DNA from: the human T2T-CHM13v2.0 reference genome, Homo sapiens
Direction: 5' to 3' (one strand)
Assembly: GCF_009914755.1 (NCBI RefSeq)
Contig: NC_060929.1
Length of the DNA: 64,000 bases
The notes beneath the pieces are model-generated. The model saw only the letters and a program-made list of their open reading frames with translations. It was not told where the DNA came from and did no database searches. This document shows, one piece after another, positions 22,293-37,425 of this stretch (position 1 is its first letter; every line of letters starts with the position of its first letter). The translations under genes and the position numbers were made by a program.

Positions 22293-25200
22293 CTACTTAG
22301 TAGAAAATCCAGACATGCTCACCAACTCGTAGGGTGGGTTCTGAGCTGATGGACATTTTTCTTGAAGGAGCTGAACTGACTTAATGATATGAGAAGCCAA
22401 GGACCAAGAAACTCATGCCTAGCACGAGGGCTCAGCTGTATACCCCAAAAGTTTTAAAGGGAACCCTGGAAGGATACCTCATTACCACCAGTCCCTGGTC
22501 CTTGGCAGATGCTCACAGACTCTGAGCTTTGCATATTGTGGCATTCGGTGCAATGCTAGAGTTTTTACAGAGCACAGCCCAGATTAGCCAAGTCATCCAT
22601 CTGTCTTTCAACGCATCTGGCAGACCCTCACACAGTCCCTCTTCTCATCTAGCTCAGAGTTGGGCCTGCCCTCGGTCCCCTGGGAAGGACACATGAGGAA
22701 ATGGGCAGTGTTATGATCAGACATGGGGAGCCAGAAAAGCTGCCTGACTTAGGTACGAGAGAGTCAGGGCAGGCTTCTGGCAGGAAGTGATATTGATCCT
22801 GAGAATGAAAGATAAAGATGAAAGGGTGGCCTGGCAGAGGAAAGTAAACATACAAAGGCTGGAGTTGAAAGAGCACATGGGACACTTAGGGAACAGAATA
22901 TTCTGTGCAGAAAATAAAGCACTGAGCCCACAAAATCTCATACAAAGATCAGTGCTACAAGTCTGTGAGGCTGGCCTCTTGGATATGCTGAGCTTTCAGC
23001 AGTCACGGTATTACCATGGTCCTCAGTGGGAGGAAGAAGGGGACTTGGCCTAAAATTCCTGAGTTCCTGATGCCTGGGCAGCCTTTTCCTACACACTGTA
23101 CTGTTTGACCCTCACAACAGCTGCAGGTACTCCCTCTAAGGTGGGAGAACAGAGGCTCCACTGGAGAAGCCACCTTGTTCAGCAAGCGAGGCACACAGTA
23201 AACAAGTAGTAGAGCATAGACTCAAGCCCAAGACTGCAGTCTCAATGCCAGCCCCTCATGTGGTATGGCCACCCCAACCCCTGCCAACATTGGGCCCACT
23301 CCCACAATCCATCCTTTCCTTCGCATTGGCACTGAACCCACAGACAACCAGCTCCAGCTGCCTGGAAGAGCCCAGGCCCAGGTTCAGGGGCTGGGGGAAG
23401 TGCAGGGCCACCAGAGCCTGTATGAGGGGACCAGCCAGTTGGGCCAGTCATTTGCTATCTTTCGCCATGGACATGGGTGGGCTTCTTCCTGGCCTTACAT
23501 CAAGAACTCACCATCTTCTCCTGGCTGAGTCCTTCTCCTCCTACCTGGGGTGATGGAAGGCAGTGCGCAAAGGGCTTGGCTGCCCACTCCTCCTTGCAAC
23601 TTCTACTTAGGTGCTCACCCTGAAGGAGGTATTTGCAGCAGTGGCAGCTCCTCTGACCTTGAGGCTGGGCCTGTACCCCACCTTGGCTGGGCAGCAACCA
23701 GAGGGTCTCGTTCTTTCAGGCTTATCGACCTTCTCAGTCAGAACTGCTTGCGTTTACACTGAGGTTCCCTTCAGACCTGGGAGCCACTGCAAGGCAGAGC
23801 TGTGAGTCCAGGTCCCCTGAGGACATGGGCCTCAGAGCCAGCCCAAGCCACCAAGCCTTTGACATGGGGAGGGCAGAGCCTAGGCCTTGGAGTCTGGTCT
23901 CATCTCATTATTTCACAGGGCCTTGGCCTCCTCTGACCTCCACACCTCTCTTTTGACCTGGGGTAGGGCTTGGTGGTCTCTAGGGTCCCAGCCATACTGC
24001 CTCCTTCCATACCCCAAGAGACTCTCTTGGCTGCAGCAGAGATGTGCATTGTGTGTGTGTCGGGGGCAAGAGGAGTGTGGACAGCACTCAAGGGAATCAG
24101 TGGTGCTGGTGTTGCCAGGTGAGTGACTGTGTTTGTAAATATTCACCTGGCAGGAGGACTCAGGCATGAACAAGCCACCTAACATGAACTAGCCACCTCC
24201 TCCTCTCTTCCTGGAATATCCGACATCTTTTTCTCCAGCACAGACCAGTTCAGAATACCAAGTGGTAGCTAAGGCTAAGGAAACTGGAACTTCCTCCCAC
24301 CTCAGCATGCCCTCTGCTGATTTAGGGCAATCCAGCATGGGAGAGAACAGGAAGAAAGGGGCCCTGGTGGGAAATATGTTGGCTCCAATGTGGTGGGGTG
24401 GCAGAAGCAAAGCCCCAGAGCACAGTCACTGTGGAACTGGCCCTGGGGACCCTGACATGGCTCCAAGAACTCTCTGCTGGTCCAGCCTCCTAACCTCAAT
24501 ACTCTAGGCTTCATTGTCTAGCTGGATACCCGACCACTCCTCTCTACCCCAACGGCCCCAGGCCTGACAGCCACCACCAACCACAGCCCAGACTCCCATA
24601 CCACCCTCTCCATAGGTCTCCTTGCTCTAACAGGTGCTTGCCCTGTTACCAAAGTTATTTCCTGATATGTAGATAGGATCATGTCATGCCACTGCTCAGA
24701 AACCTTATCTGGCTTCCTATTGCCTTAGGACCAGAGTCCAAACTAATGCTCACACTGAGGCTCTCCATGATCCTCGGATTCTTCCCTCCCCTTTGAATCA
24801 CTCCAGCTTCCTCTGTATCAGCCTCTCTAATAGGGGTTCATATGATGGAGTTCTGGGCCTCTGCAAACTTCTGAGGTCTTCAAAACGGGTGGGGAAGCTC
24901 AAGCCCAGCCACCAAATCATCAAAGAATCTCCTCAACTCCAAGTGAAGAGCTCTGAAAAGAAAACTACAACCTCTCCCAGGGCCCAGGGACCCTAGCAAA
25001 CGAGCTTGGGAGAGGACCCAAAGTGGGTATTCTGGGTATTCCGGTGCTGAACTGACCTGGGTCCAAATCATGACTCAGTCTCTTGATAGCTGTGTGGCCT
25101 TGGGCAGGTCACTTTGCCCCTCTGGGCCTCATCTCAAACAAGCTCATGGACAGAGAGTGCAGTGCCAGGCATGTAGTAAGGGAAACACTTAGTAGATAGC

Positions 25201-28200
25201 AAGTAGCTGAAGCAGTTACTCCATCTCTTTGCAAGCCAAAGGGGCTCAAAGACAACTTGCACAAGTAGATGCATTCACACCCTACCTTTCCAGCAGGCTC
25301 CTGGCACTGAGGAGGCGGCTGAGCTCGTCCCACTAGAACCAGCCTCCCTTTATAGGGCCTGTGGGGCCCAGGGAAAGAAGTTACCACATCTTGATCAAAG
25401 CACAAAAGTGGCGAAGGCCCTGCCCCGAGTCTGCCCTCCTGGGGACAGTCGATGGCAACAGCCGCCTGCTCTGAGAAGCCGGGTGGTGGTAGAGCCGTTA
25501 GCAGTGGTAGCACAGGCTCCCTGGTGGCTGTGGGAGCAGGTCTGGCAGGGAACAGGGCACACAGCAGTTCTGTAAGGAGTTGCTGGCCCCTCAAGGCCCC
25601 CGCCAGCCCCACCTCCATCTGCATGCAGGGCGGTGCTGGCTCAGATCAGCTCAGAGCCAAGCAACCCAGCCTTAACCCTCACCCTGCCAGCGTGCCAGAG
25701 CCTCAGCTTACACCCCCCTGCTTTTCCCCTCACCCCACCCTGTTTGCAGTTCTGAAAGGGAGTTTGCCAAGTGGGTTTCTTAAGAACAAAGTCTCCTTAC
25801 ACATCCATTTGAGACAATGATTAGGGCCAGGCCTTTGCTGTGGGCTTGGGACTGCAGTGAGCATGAGTTTATGTGTGTAGGGGGTGGGGGGTGACAGGAA
25901 GTAGTGGGGAGTAGGGGATGGGGATGCTAGCTCTCTGGCACTGAGGGCGACTGTACCATCTACCCGGGAGATTCTGCCTCCAGCCTCTCCCAGGGGCTGC
26001 CTCTGCTCCCCACCCCCACAAGGTCACAGCCAATCTACTTGGGAAGAGGAAAGAAATGGCACAGTTCCAGATAAAACATCTGCTTAGGGATGCTCTGGGG
26101 AGTGAGGACACTCTGGACCAAGGATCAGAGCCAGCAGGTGGAAGATAGTGGCTGATCTCCACCACAAGACCCCAGGGCAGCACACCAGCCCTGCTCTCAT
26201 GCCTGCACTAAGAGATACTGTTGCCTAGTTTGCATGGGAATGGTCACCCTGGAGCCAGAACCCACACCCTTGCCTATTAGGACCGAAGCTGAGCTCTGAA
26301 GTCCTGCAGCACCTCTGCCAGACTGAGAGACTGAGGTCCCAGGGGCTCTCGGGGGTCTCACTACTGCAAGATCTGTGAGGCTTAGGGGTGTGGGTGGCTA
26401 CTTCCATAGCATTTTCACTACTATTTCCATGGCTAACATGTGGCTGAGCACACAAGTATGATCACGGCGTATTTTGAATTGGACACTCATTCTGATCATA
26501 AGGTAGACAGCTAGACTCATGGTGGCACCTGCTAATAAGTAAAAGACAAGTCTAGGCCACAGGAGCCAGCTTACTACCACCCCCAGGCCCTACCCACATC
26601 AGGTGCTTCTGGGCAATTACGAGTCTGCCTGCACTGGGCCACTGTCCACCCAAATTTAACCCTGCTCCCTTGCTGCAAGAATGTCCCAGGACAGGACCCA
26701 GTGCTCTGAGCTCCCTCTTGAAAGCTGTTTGCCCAATTGCCTGGCAAGTCTAGAGCCCACAGGCTTGCAACACCTTCCCTGGAGCAGATAACAGCTTCCA
26801 CTACTCACCCTACCATCTGGGTGAGCCATGAGAAGAGCGTCCTGCCTCAGCGACCCTCATCTGGAACTTGGCCCTAGCTTCCCCCAACCCACCCCGATTA
26901 AAATGAACGAATATCTGAGCACCCCCGATCAGCCCACAAAGTCACTTCACCTTTCTTCTAGGCAGGACCCTTACTTTTCTCCAAATATCTTCAGAGATGC
27001 TTTTAATATGAAAGCTTCCTTTAATGCTTCTCAAGGCAGCCTCTGGGGCAGGAAATCCAGTGGTCTGTGGGAAATCCCACAGAGTGCCAGAGGCATAGAG
27101 CTGAGGGAGTAGTTTCACCCCAAGCAGTGTGCAGCCCAGTTGCCAGGTTGAGAAATGCACAGCCTTCACCATCACACATGTACAACCCTGACCTGCAGAG
27201 GTGCAAACACAGCAGCGCACACTTGCCCAACACCTGCCCTCTCCACACAGGGATTCAAGCTTCTCTCTGCTGTGAGAGAAGGGTTTGCTCTCCATTTTCC
27301 TCTTGGGTTTTAATTAGATTCACAGAACCACATAAGACCAGGGCAGAAATGGAGCAAAGAGCCTCCCTGACTTGGGAATTGCCAGGTGGGACCCACTGTA
27401 CATCCCCCATGAGATAGAGGCCCAGGATACGATACGGGGTTGCCAGGTTACATGGTGGCTCACCTGCCAAGCTTCCCCAAGGAGCCTGATCATAGCTCTG
27501 ATGGTTCAATTAAGCCCCTTGAATGTAGAAAGGCCCAGCTAAGGCTGGCTGTGACTGAGTACTTTACAGAGCCACCTGTTGCAACTAGCCCAAGCTCACT
27601 GTGAGCATGCCTCCCTTTAGCAGCCTCCACTGCCCGCTGGCCTCCCCATCCTCATGACAGTACCTCTCAAAAATCTCACTCACCCTAAGCCCTGCTCAGG
27701 GAATGTGGGTCCACATTCCTGATGCTAGCACCAGGAAGCCAGGCACAAACAATGCTTTCAGGAACTTTAAAATATGAATAGCCTTGAGAACAGAGGAGCA
27801 AACAGATACACAGTGTCTTTCACACGCTCTGAGATAAACGTTGCCCTCACCATGAATTAGGCAGGACAAAGTTCTCAGAGCAAAGAGGGACAGCAGGGGC
27901 TAAAAAAACAGCAGTAGTCCCTTTGGAAATATTTACAGGGTATGATAACCAGGACTGATGGTGTGGACGAGTTCAGATCCTTCCACGCCAAGCCCTGGGA
28001 CAGCAGGCAGGACCCTAGGAATACTGACCAGGGTCACCATCACCTCACAGGCACAGGGACACTCCCTGGCCAGGCCCTCCTGTGCAGGAAGCCAAATCCT
28101 GTGGCTGTAACACGATCCTTTGCCTTTCCGGCCATGTCCACGTTAGGACTGCTGGTGTCCCGGCCTCAGGAGCAATGATTCATTTCTGCCACTGGCTCAA

Positions 28201-30730
28201 ACTTAGGACACACTGCAAACTAAGCTTGAACCAGTAAAGGGCATATGGGCTGCTCATGGCGAGGCCATGCACTCAGAGCTCAACTGCAGGTGGCTGGGGT
28301 ACAAGCAGGATGGGATGCGACCTCCTCCAGCTAGAGGGAAGCTCCTTGAAGTAGGGAGGGTCCTGCCAATATATGGTTGGGGGTCACTGAGGTGGGGGGA
28401 GCAACAGAGGGATTTGCTTGCCTGCTTGTTCACTTAGGAGCCCTGCTGGTCTCCTGGGGACACGTGCTAGGGGAGAAATGCACAAAAGACAGAACCTGAG
28501 ACATCCTTAGCCAGGGAGGGAGAACAAGGAGAGGATCCGAGCTGGGTGGGAAAGGGTAGAGAACAGGGCTATCGAAGAGGGACAGAAGTGGGTTGGTAAG
28601 TCACAGGAAGAGCCTGTAAGATGTTGGGGCCCCTGGCAGGAGCCCTCACACAGTGGCGGGAAGGAGGCAGAGGCCTGTCTGCACTGAGGACTGGGGCAGG
28701 AAGCTGAGGCTGGCAGGATGGCACTTAGCTATGGGAGAAAGGAAAAAGATGGTGATGGGTACTGTATATCTGCCTCATGCCTTCAGAGTCACAGCCCACA
28801 AGCTAATGGCACTCAGCCCTGGGGATGCAAAAGTGCCCCAGGCAAGCTGTGCTCCTACATCCTTGGCAAAGGGATTGCTGCTGCAGCCAGGATCCGGCAT
28901 GGCTCCTTCACCTACCATTCCAGAGTCACTGAATTTTTTTGTAGACTAGAAAGTGAGCAAGACAAAAAGAGTTTTGCCCTTGGTTAAGGGCACATTTTCT
29001 GGCAAATTTGGTAAATAGCTGAATATTCTGGCATCCCCATAGTCTGACAAAATTCCTCTTCTGAATGCCTCAAGAAGAAACAAATCTGAATTTCCTCCAG
29101 TTTAGCAAAAGGCTGTGCTGGTCAACGGGAATCTGCCACCTCCTGAATCCCCCCTCTGGAGGTCAGGCGGCACAGCAGCTGCAGCCTTAAGCTGCTCTCC
29201 CTCCGGCAGCAAGCGGTCAAGTTCTGCTGTTGGCCTGTGAGAGCCTACAGTGTCCACAGAGTTAACACTAGACTGGAGCGGCCCAGCCCTCAGCGGGCAG
29301 GAGCACTGGGAACTCAGGCCTCCTTTTCAAGGCCAGGATGAATGGGAAATATGCAAATGGCCGCCTCCCAGGAGCGGCAGGGGAGGGCCTGCTGCTGGCA
29401 GGAGGGCATCACTCCACTTGGGTCTGTCACATGAAAGGGTTTGTATTCCTGCCGCTGGCCGGCTCCTGGCCAGGCTGGGGCTGTTCTCACCAGAAAACAA
29501 AAATGTCTTTCAGACCAAAGCAAAACGAGGCCCCAGCTGGCCCAGGCAGGCCATTGGGCGTTGTTCACACTGACCCACTATGAACACCAATCACTGGGGC
29601 TCTCACTTTGCACCCACTGGAAGGAACCCATCATCTTTGGAGACGGAACTGGAGGCCTCGGTGGCTGCTGAGGAAAGCACTACGTAAGTTCGGGGGGATG
29701 GAGGTGGGATCCAGAAAGAGGGTCAGCCCCCTCTGAGGCTCTGTTGGTTTTGTGCTTTTCGAAAACAGTAGTGGCGGAATCTGGAGTAGCACCCTTTTTT
29801 TGGATAAGGAAACTTCAGTTATTCTCACAGTGTTGATGGTAAACATGGAGAAAGAAATGGGAAGAAAAAAGTGCTGGTACACAAGAAGACCCTGCAGTGC
29901 ACAGAGAGGACTTTCAATAATGGAGGGCACGTGTGTCCTCTGCCTGGTGCCCACACTCCTGCTGCCACAAGTGCCCTCGAGTGGGAGGTGGGGATAAGGG
30001 CAGCCCAGAGCCCCATGTGCGGGACCACTAGCTTCCAGGGCTGGGGCTCCTTCTTCAACCAAGGCTCCATGCCAAGGTCAGGCTTCTATCCTTTTTTTTT
30101 TTTTTTGGCTGACTTTCAGCAGCCAGAACACTGCTTCTCTGACACCCCATGGTCACCAGGAGCTGCCTATTAACCACAGCACAGACCTTGTGCCCTGTGG
30201 AGCATGGATGCCACTCAGACTCCCACTACCAGGAGAAATAGCACAGCAAGATCTCAAGCACACATGTGGCCGTTGAGCCTGAGAGGACATCTAGGACAAA
30301 ACCACTTTGGAGTTGATTTTGAACCAACAGGTGGGTTGGTGGATGCTCCACAGATCTCCTGAAATCCAAGGGAGATATGTCTTGTCAGCCTCTGGGGCTA
30401 AAGGAAACTAGTATTCGTTTGGGCCACACAGTATCTTCATGAAGCCAAGGTGCCAGGCATGTCTCTGTGAGAGGTCATGGAACTGTCCAGGGAGCAGAAG
30501 CAGGAGACAGAGGAGACAGGACACTTCAGAATGACCTAGAAAAGTTGGTTCCACAGGTCATAGCCTTCCATATCTGGTCTGTGGCAAGGAGATCGGGGAC
30601 ACATGCACCCAAATCCCCTACCAGCCTACTGGATGGGGGAAGGCCCAACCTCCATTTCTCTCTAAACCCTCCCTGCCACCACAGACAGACCTAGGCTTAG
30701 GGGAGTTGGCCTACAGAATATGCATGAGTT

Positions 30731-31049
<319 letters not shown>

Positions 31050-34000
31050 TGCGTGAGTTGAAGGTGTCCTCAGAGAATCACATCCAGCCCATCTGCTGGA
31101 AAGCACAGTCACGATGAACACTGAAGTTCTCCAGCCACTAAGCAGGGTCCTGGGGTCTATGTGGCTTCATGCAGCATCAGCTCTAGTGGCAGGGCAGAGT
31201 GGCCAGAGCTTCCCTTCCAAAGCAGAGGGGTCACTGCAGGCCTGGATGGGTCTCCACTGAGTCTACTTTCTCCATACTGACAATTGTCTTCCTCTCACTG
31301 GCCTAAAGGCCTTAAGGCCTTACTCCAGCCAACCTCCCTGTCCAATCTCACTGGCCGGCTCACATGCCACCTTGCTGATCTCTGTCCCAGCTCTAACTGT
31401 CCTTGCTGTGTAGCCTCTAGCTGCCCTTTCTATCCAATATCTAGTTGACCTCACTGTCTCTCCCAGTGACATTTCTGCCTGTTTATGAGGCAGGATCTGC
31501 AGTCAGTATCTAGAATGGTCTGCAGCAAAGCTAAGGCTGGGACAGGGGTGCGTGGCCAGGAGGAGTCCCACGGGGGAGTCTCAGCCCCTACAACAGTCCA
31601 TGAGTTGGAGGGAAAAGCAGAGCTTTGTAGCAGAGCTGAGTCTTGATCAGTCCCTTGGAATCCACATCCTGCACTGGTGGGCCAGGCTGTGCTGAGAGTG
31701 AGGCGGGGTCCCAGGCACTGGTCAATAGGGTCTGTCCCAGAGCTGCCCAGTCAACCTGGGCCTACCTACTCACTCATTTCTCCAATAGCTATCAATTACT
31801 AAGTCTGTTCCTGGCCCTAACAGGTGCCAGCCCACATTTGCTTATACCAGGGGCTGAGCACTAAGATGCTGATTGTTCCCTCACTGGCCTGGCTTCCTGC
31901 TCTAAATTCCCAGGAGACAGTGATCTCGGAACACAAGCTTAAATGGGCAGATGGCAAATCAGAAGCCATTCCCAACTCCCCCAGACGCCCCTACTACATG
32001 CCTGGCTTAGGTGCAGGGAGAGGAAGGGTATCTCTGGGAAGAGCTGGCAAATAGGGTCAGGTGAGACTTCTTGGGATTTGAAATCCTTCTGGCTCTGAGA
32101 GTATTGGTTGGGTCTCAGAATAGATAGCTCGGCTTGGCTTGAAATTTCTGTTCCAATCCACTTCCCATCTTCCCATTTCTGCCTGTCCCAGGCCCCAAGA
32201 TTCACATGAATTAGGAGCTACACAAAGGAAGTAGGCCCAGGAATAACCACACCTACCACGGATCTCCCGAGGCAGCTGAGCAAATGATGAGGAACCACCC
32301 CTGGGCATCCTGAAGGACAACCCCAAGGGCTCAAAGCAGCATCTCATCCACAGCACTCCCCTAACCCCACCAATCTGTGGACCCAGTGGATGGTTAGTGG
32401 GAACTCTGGCGAGGCCAACGCAAGGAATGGGAGCATCACACCAGACCATCCAGTGAGGTGAGGACCTTGACTGGGAATTCCTCTCATCTATGCTTGGCAG
32501 AGTGGCCCAAGCTCCCAATCTGTCAGGTGACTGGAACCTTGGAGCTCTAAGGAAGCAGCAGCCCTCAGAGAAGACTCTCTTCCACAAAACTGGTCACCCA
32601 GAAGCTGTGGGTTCACTAGTTGATTCATTCATTCATTCAACAAACACTTCTGGAGCACCTCCTTCTATTCCAGGCTGCACTGGTTCTCAGCACACAGGGT
32701 TCTCCAGTGAAGGGTAACCTGGCCCTGCCTGCAAGGAGTTTACACCTGCTTTTCCCTACTGCTTCTAACATATTGGCATCATCCCCCACCTGGGCACAGA
32801 GCCTAGCATCCTAGCAGGAGCACACTCAAAATCTGTTGTTTACTGATTGACTTGTGGTAAGGAAACAGCTTATAAAACACATTATTAAAATAAATTACGC
32901 TCAGGGAATTCTTTAGTTTATGCAATAAACTCTTATGTACCCTGTGTGCCCAACTCTGGGTTGGGGACATAGACATGAGACACCTGGCCCTGCCCTCAAG
33001 GAGACCATGGACTTGTGGAGGAGGCTTCTGGAGCACAGGAATAGTGTCACCTTGGTCATCCACATGCCCAGTTCTACCCACACCTCCTTGACATAACCGC
33101 TGCACAGAATAAAGCCAATGCTGTTTGGCCTGTTATCCTAGGCCTGCAGAGCCCACCTCTGGCAACCTCACTGGCCCAGCAGAATTGGTCCTTCAACTTC
33201 ATTCAGTCCTATTGCCAATCTTCCCTCACACAGGTCCCTTGGCCTGGAATGCCTTTTCTTTTCCTACTCCCTTTCTGCATGTCAGAATCCTGGATCCCCT
33301 TTAAGGAAAGCCTAATACAAGTTATTATAATTTTAGCTAACATGGCTGGCTGATCATGCCTGGTGGTCCCTTCCTGGACTGAAAGTCTGAGAATGTGGCC
33401 TGACTCACAGCTCTTACAAGTTGCTTCACCACTGAACCTCGCTGAGTCTCAGGGCCTCACCTAGGCAATGGGGAGAACACAACACAGTGTTGTGGGAGGA
33501 TGGAAGGAAAGTTTGGAGAATCATAGACAGGGTGCTTGACACATGGTAGGTGCTCAGTGAAACAACAGCCAAGTCAGCCTGTTTGCAATAGTTAATCCCA
33601 TAAAAACACCCCTCCACACACACCTAGTACTTAATGAGTATTTGAGTGCCTACTATGTGCCCAGTGCTGGCTGGATACACAGTGTAGCTTCTGTTATACA
33701 AAAGCCTGTAACTTTTGCCCATTTTTATAAACAAGCCAGAGCCTCATGATCACTCACCCCATGTATGGGACAGTCCTGAGTCCCATCTGGGGCTGTAGCT
33801 GAGCCAAATTCAGCCTTCTGAAGGTCAACCCATGAATCCTTATAACCACAAGGGACAGAACAATAGCTGGAGAGCATAATGACTGGGTTCTGCTGCCCCC
33901 TGGTGTCAGTATGTTCTTACCATATAGGCTGGAGAGCTGTGAGAAGGTGCTGCGGGCAAAATCCTGCTCCATGCTGGTGCACCTTGTACAAATTCAGGCT

Positions 34001-34299
34001 TTCTTTGTGAGGCATGTCCCCAGCTGGCCACAGAGCCACCTGTTCTGCCTGGAGCTCTACCATCTGTCCCAATTCATAACTGCAATCTCCAAACCCCTGG
34101 GGTGGCCCTAGACCTCAAGTCAGTTCTCTGTCCTAATGGGAGCCCAGAGTGGGGTAAGGGGAGGATCTCACAGGCCTGAACTAAGCCAAAGTGTGCAAGT
34201 CTATGCTTGCCCTAGGCATCTATAGCCAGGAGCATGCCAAACCATTCTTTAGACGGGCAACTTTGTCTCGCCCCACCAGGGCCAGCCCCACTTCTCCTA

Positions 34300-34460
34300 A
34301 GGCAGAGGCCAGGGGTGGGGGCTTATCTCTTCTCCTTACTGGAGCCCAGCCATGACTCAAGCCATCCTTGGACCACATCTATTCTTATCCATAACATCAT
34401 AACGACCTCCTACTACCCTCCTGGACTCCACTCTCTTCCTCTTGACTCAGCAGCTAAATG
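34300..34460. promoter_or_regulatory. Candidate erythroid-type intronic enhancer
   Basis: GGGGTGGGG at 34312, TTATCT at 34323, TGACTCA at 34353, ACCACA at 34372, full NF-E2/MARE TGACTCAGCA at 34443. Confidence 0.5.
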
Positions 34461-37376
34461 GAGGGATCCTCTACCATCCAAATAAAACCTTCTCCAGAAT
34501 CCTCTCCCACAACCCACATTGCTCAGGCACAAGACCCTGAAGACTCATCCCCCATTGCAGTTCTTCCACAGACTCTGCTAGTCTGGCTTCCTCCACTTGG
34601 ATCTTGGCCTCCCTATCTCTGACAAATTCCCCTGAATGCTGCAGAAGCCCACTCATATGTCACTGATGGTTGGGTATATGATTGAACAGATTAGACCCTG
34701 CGGCATGGGGCTGCCTTAGCCTAGAGGAAGGTGTGCCCTTTTAGAAAGTTATCCACCAAGAGTGAGACTTCTTCCTACTTTGCACAAAGGTGCTGTACAG
34801 GCAGGCAGAAGCTCTGATCCTCTGCTCCCATTGTCCTCTAGGTGTTTATGGCACTGAGGGCATGCTTCCCCAAGCCAGACCTAGCATCTGACTCATGCTG
34901 GACTTATTTTACTTGTCTCCTTGTTTAGTATTCAACACACAGGTGAGATCTGGGCTGGCCCAGGACTCATTGCTGGCCTCTCCAGCAGGCAACAGGACAG
35001 ACACAGCCCAGAACAGATGGCTACCTCCCACAAACAACAGTCAGCTCCTCCTCCTGGTGCATTGCCACACCCCCATCCCCGACTTTATGTCATCTCTCCC
35101 TGAGGGCCCTTGAGGGAAACCCTTGCCTGGCCCTACCTTGTCTCCCTAGGGCCAGGTTAGGTGGCAAAAAGCACATAACTCTACTAAAGAGAGACATTGC
35201 CTCCTGTTACTGGCTGAGTGGAAGGGATCTGGCAGCTGCCGTGGGACCATGGGACCCTGGAGATGACAAGGCAGAGCATGTTCTCAGGTGTGCTCACAGA
35301 ACTACAGCTCTTAACTCAGGAGTCTCTTCTGCCACCAGAGAAAGGCTGGGGGCCAGGTGGAGTCTCAAGGAGGGTGGATACATAACTTAAAATGCCCCAG
35401 CAATTGTCTGAGTTATTCTATCCAATAAGCACCATAGACCAGCCTCAGCCTCTTGCTTTTTGCATTGGGAAGCTCGGCCTCTGTGGAAGCAGCCACTACC
35501 TGCCCCAAGAATCGCTCCTGCTTGACGGTTCTGAGGCCCTGTATAGTCTCTCAGTGAGGCAGATTCCCCAGTTTCCCATTAGAGGAGGGAGCTGACCACT
35601 TTAGGAAATGCTCCACAAGGAAACAGGACTCCACTTTGAGTCAGTGCCAGCTAACCCTGCTCACAGACAAGGACCCCACAGGGTGAGGGACTTTTTCTCA
35701 CAGGCTGCTGATGACCCCGGTCACAAGTGGTCTTGCAGCCCCTAGACACCTCCCTGCAGCCACAGAAGATCAAGTCTTCAGAGAGCTGACCTTGGACCCA
35801 TGGTTGGGTGGGGCCTCCTGAGGGTAGGGCAAAGGGGTCCTGGCAGTGGGGAGAGGCTCTGAGACCATCCATCACTCAGGCATTAAATGGTGGCTGTTAC
35901 GACCACCATCACCATTATTTTAATTATCCTTGCCCTTTACCTCCAACCCCAGCTCTAGCCCTGCCCTTGTCTGCTGGATGTGCCTCAGGACCAGAGTGCC
36001 CCTGCACAGCCAGTCACAGACACTGGCAGACAGAAGGAGCTTAGGGAGCTGAGGGGATTAGGGAGGCTTCACTCACTCTCCCAGCTCAGGGGAAGTGTCC
36101 CTGTGGCCTAACTTAAGGAAATGGTGGGGGTGAAGGAAGTGATTACTAGGCCCACCAACCCTCCAGGTTCAGGCCTGATCCAGCCAAGCACTTAGCATTG
36201 GTTGATCAATTAAAACCTCGAATGGAATCCCAGTCTGCCAAATATCCATGTGACACTAGGCAAGTCAATTGACCTCTGAACTCAGTAAAAAAAGGGATGG
36301 TGCCACCGACCTCCTAGGGTTTTCCATGAATATTAAATAACACGTACAAAGCCTCAGGTAAAGATTTCAAGAGGGTCAACTTCCTCCCCTTCCTTGGCTC
36401 AGAAAAAGCTTTATTACCACTTCTGATGGTGCTGTTTGAATGTGAGATAATAATAAACACTAACATTCATAGAGCATTTGCTGTGGCCTAGGACAGGTTT
36501 AAGGCCAATTTAAGGATCAAGCACTGCACACAAATTATCAGGCTGAATCTGCACATGGGGGTTGGGGTGGAGGTGGAGATCCTTTAGTGGTATTATACTC
36601 TGGAGGACCCCAGGCTCAGAGAGGGGAAGTAGCCGGTGCGGGTGGTAGAACTGGCAGATAAAAGGGCCTGTGGTGAGACTCCAGGTGTGGGTGTATGGGG
36701 GGTTGAGGGAGGTAAGCGCGGAGGCGGGATCGAGCAGGGGTCCTTGTAGCCGCCTAAGAAGTGCAGTGGTGAAGCTGACTCCTGTGAGGTGGAGGGGAGG
36801 GGTCTGGAAACAGTGGAGATACAGCAGCCCTGGGCAGAGCAGAGGAGCCAGGTGAACCCTACCTTACAGAAATCTTGTACTCTGGCTGAAGGACGGGCAG
36901 GGAGGGGTCGTGAGGAAGCCCCTCGCCGGGATCAGGAAGCCTAGGTCAGTCCGGGTTACATAGCTGACCTGCTGTGGGACCTCGGGGACCAACACCCTCG
37001 GTTTCTGGTCCCAGGAGATGGACAAGGACGCAATGTCTGTTCCTGGCCTTGGCTCAGGGCCTAATCTGATCCGCGGATGGTCCTTGCCATCAGGGAAGGG
37101 GGACGCAAGAACTCGGCGGGGGTTTGTGGTGGGGTCGCAGAGAGCAAGCCCTATATCTCCCTCCGCAGACCCAGGTGCTCCCCAAACCCGGCCCGGAGCC
37201 CGCGAGAACTGGGGGCGGAGGGTGTACTTAGGCGGCCCTGGGGACCTTGACGGGACAGCTCAGCAGCAGGGGATGGGGGCTCGGCGGCCGCGGAGATGTA
37301 ACACCTCCACCTCGGGCGAAGACCTCATAGCCTGCGGGAGATGGGAGTCCGGGACGCGGACAGGACGGGCACTTAC

Positions 37377-37425
37377 CTACGAATAGCCAGAGGGAGCCCC
37401 CCGACACGAGGAAGAAGGTCAGCAT
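37377..37425 (-). CDS. ACSL6: ACSL6 first coding exon of the long isoform (MLTFFLVSGGSLWLFV)
   Basis: gccATG Kozak context at 37425; donor GTAG|gtaagt; 49 nt (phase 1) joins exon 2 to give G+AG=Glu. Confidence 0.95.
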
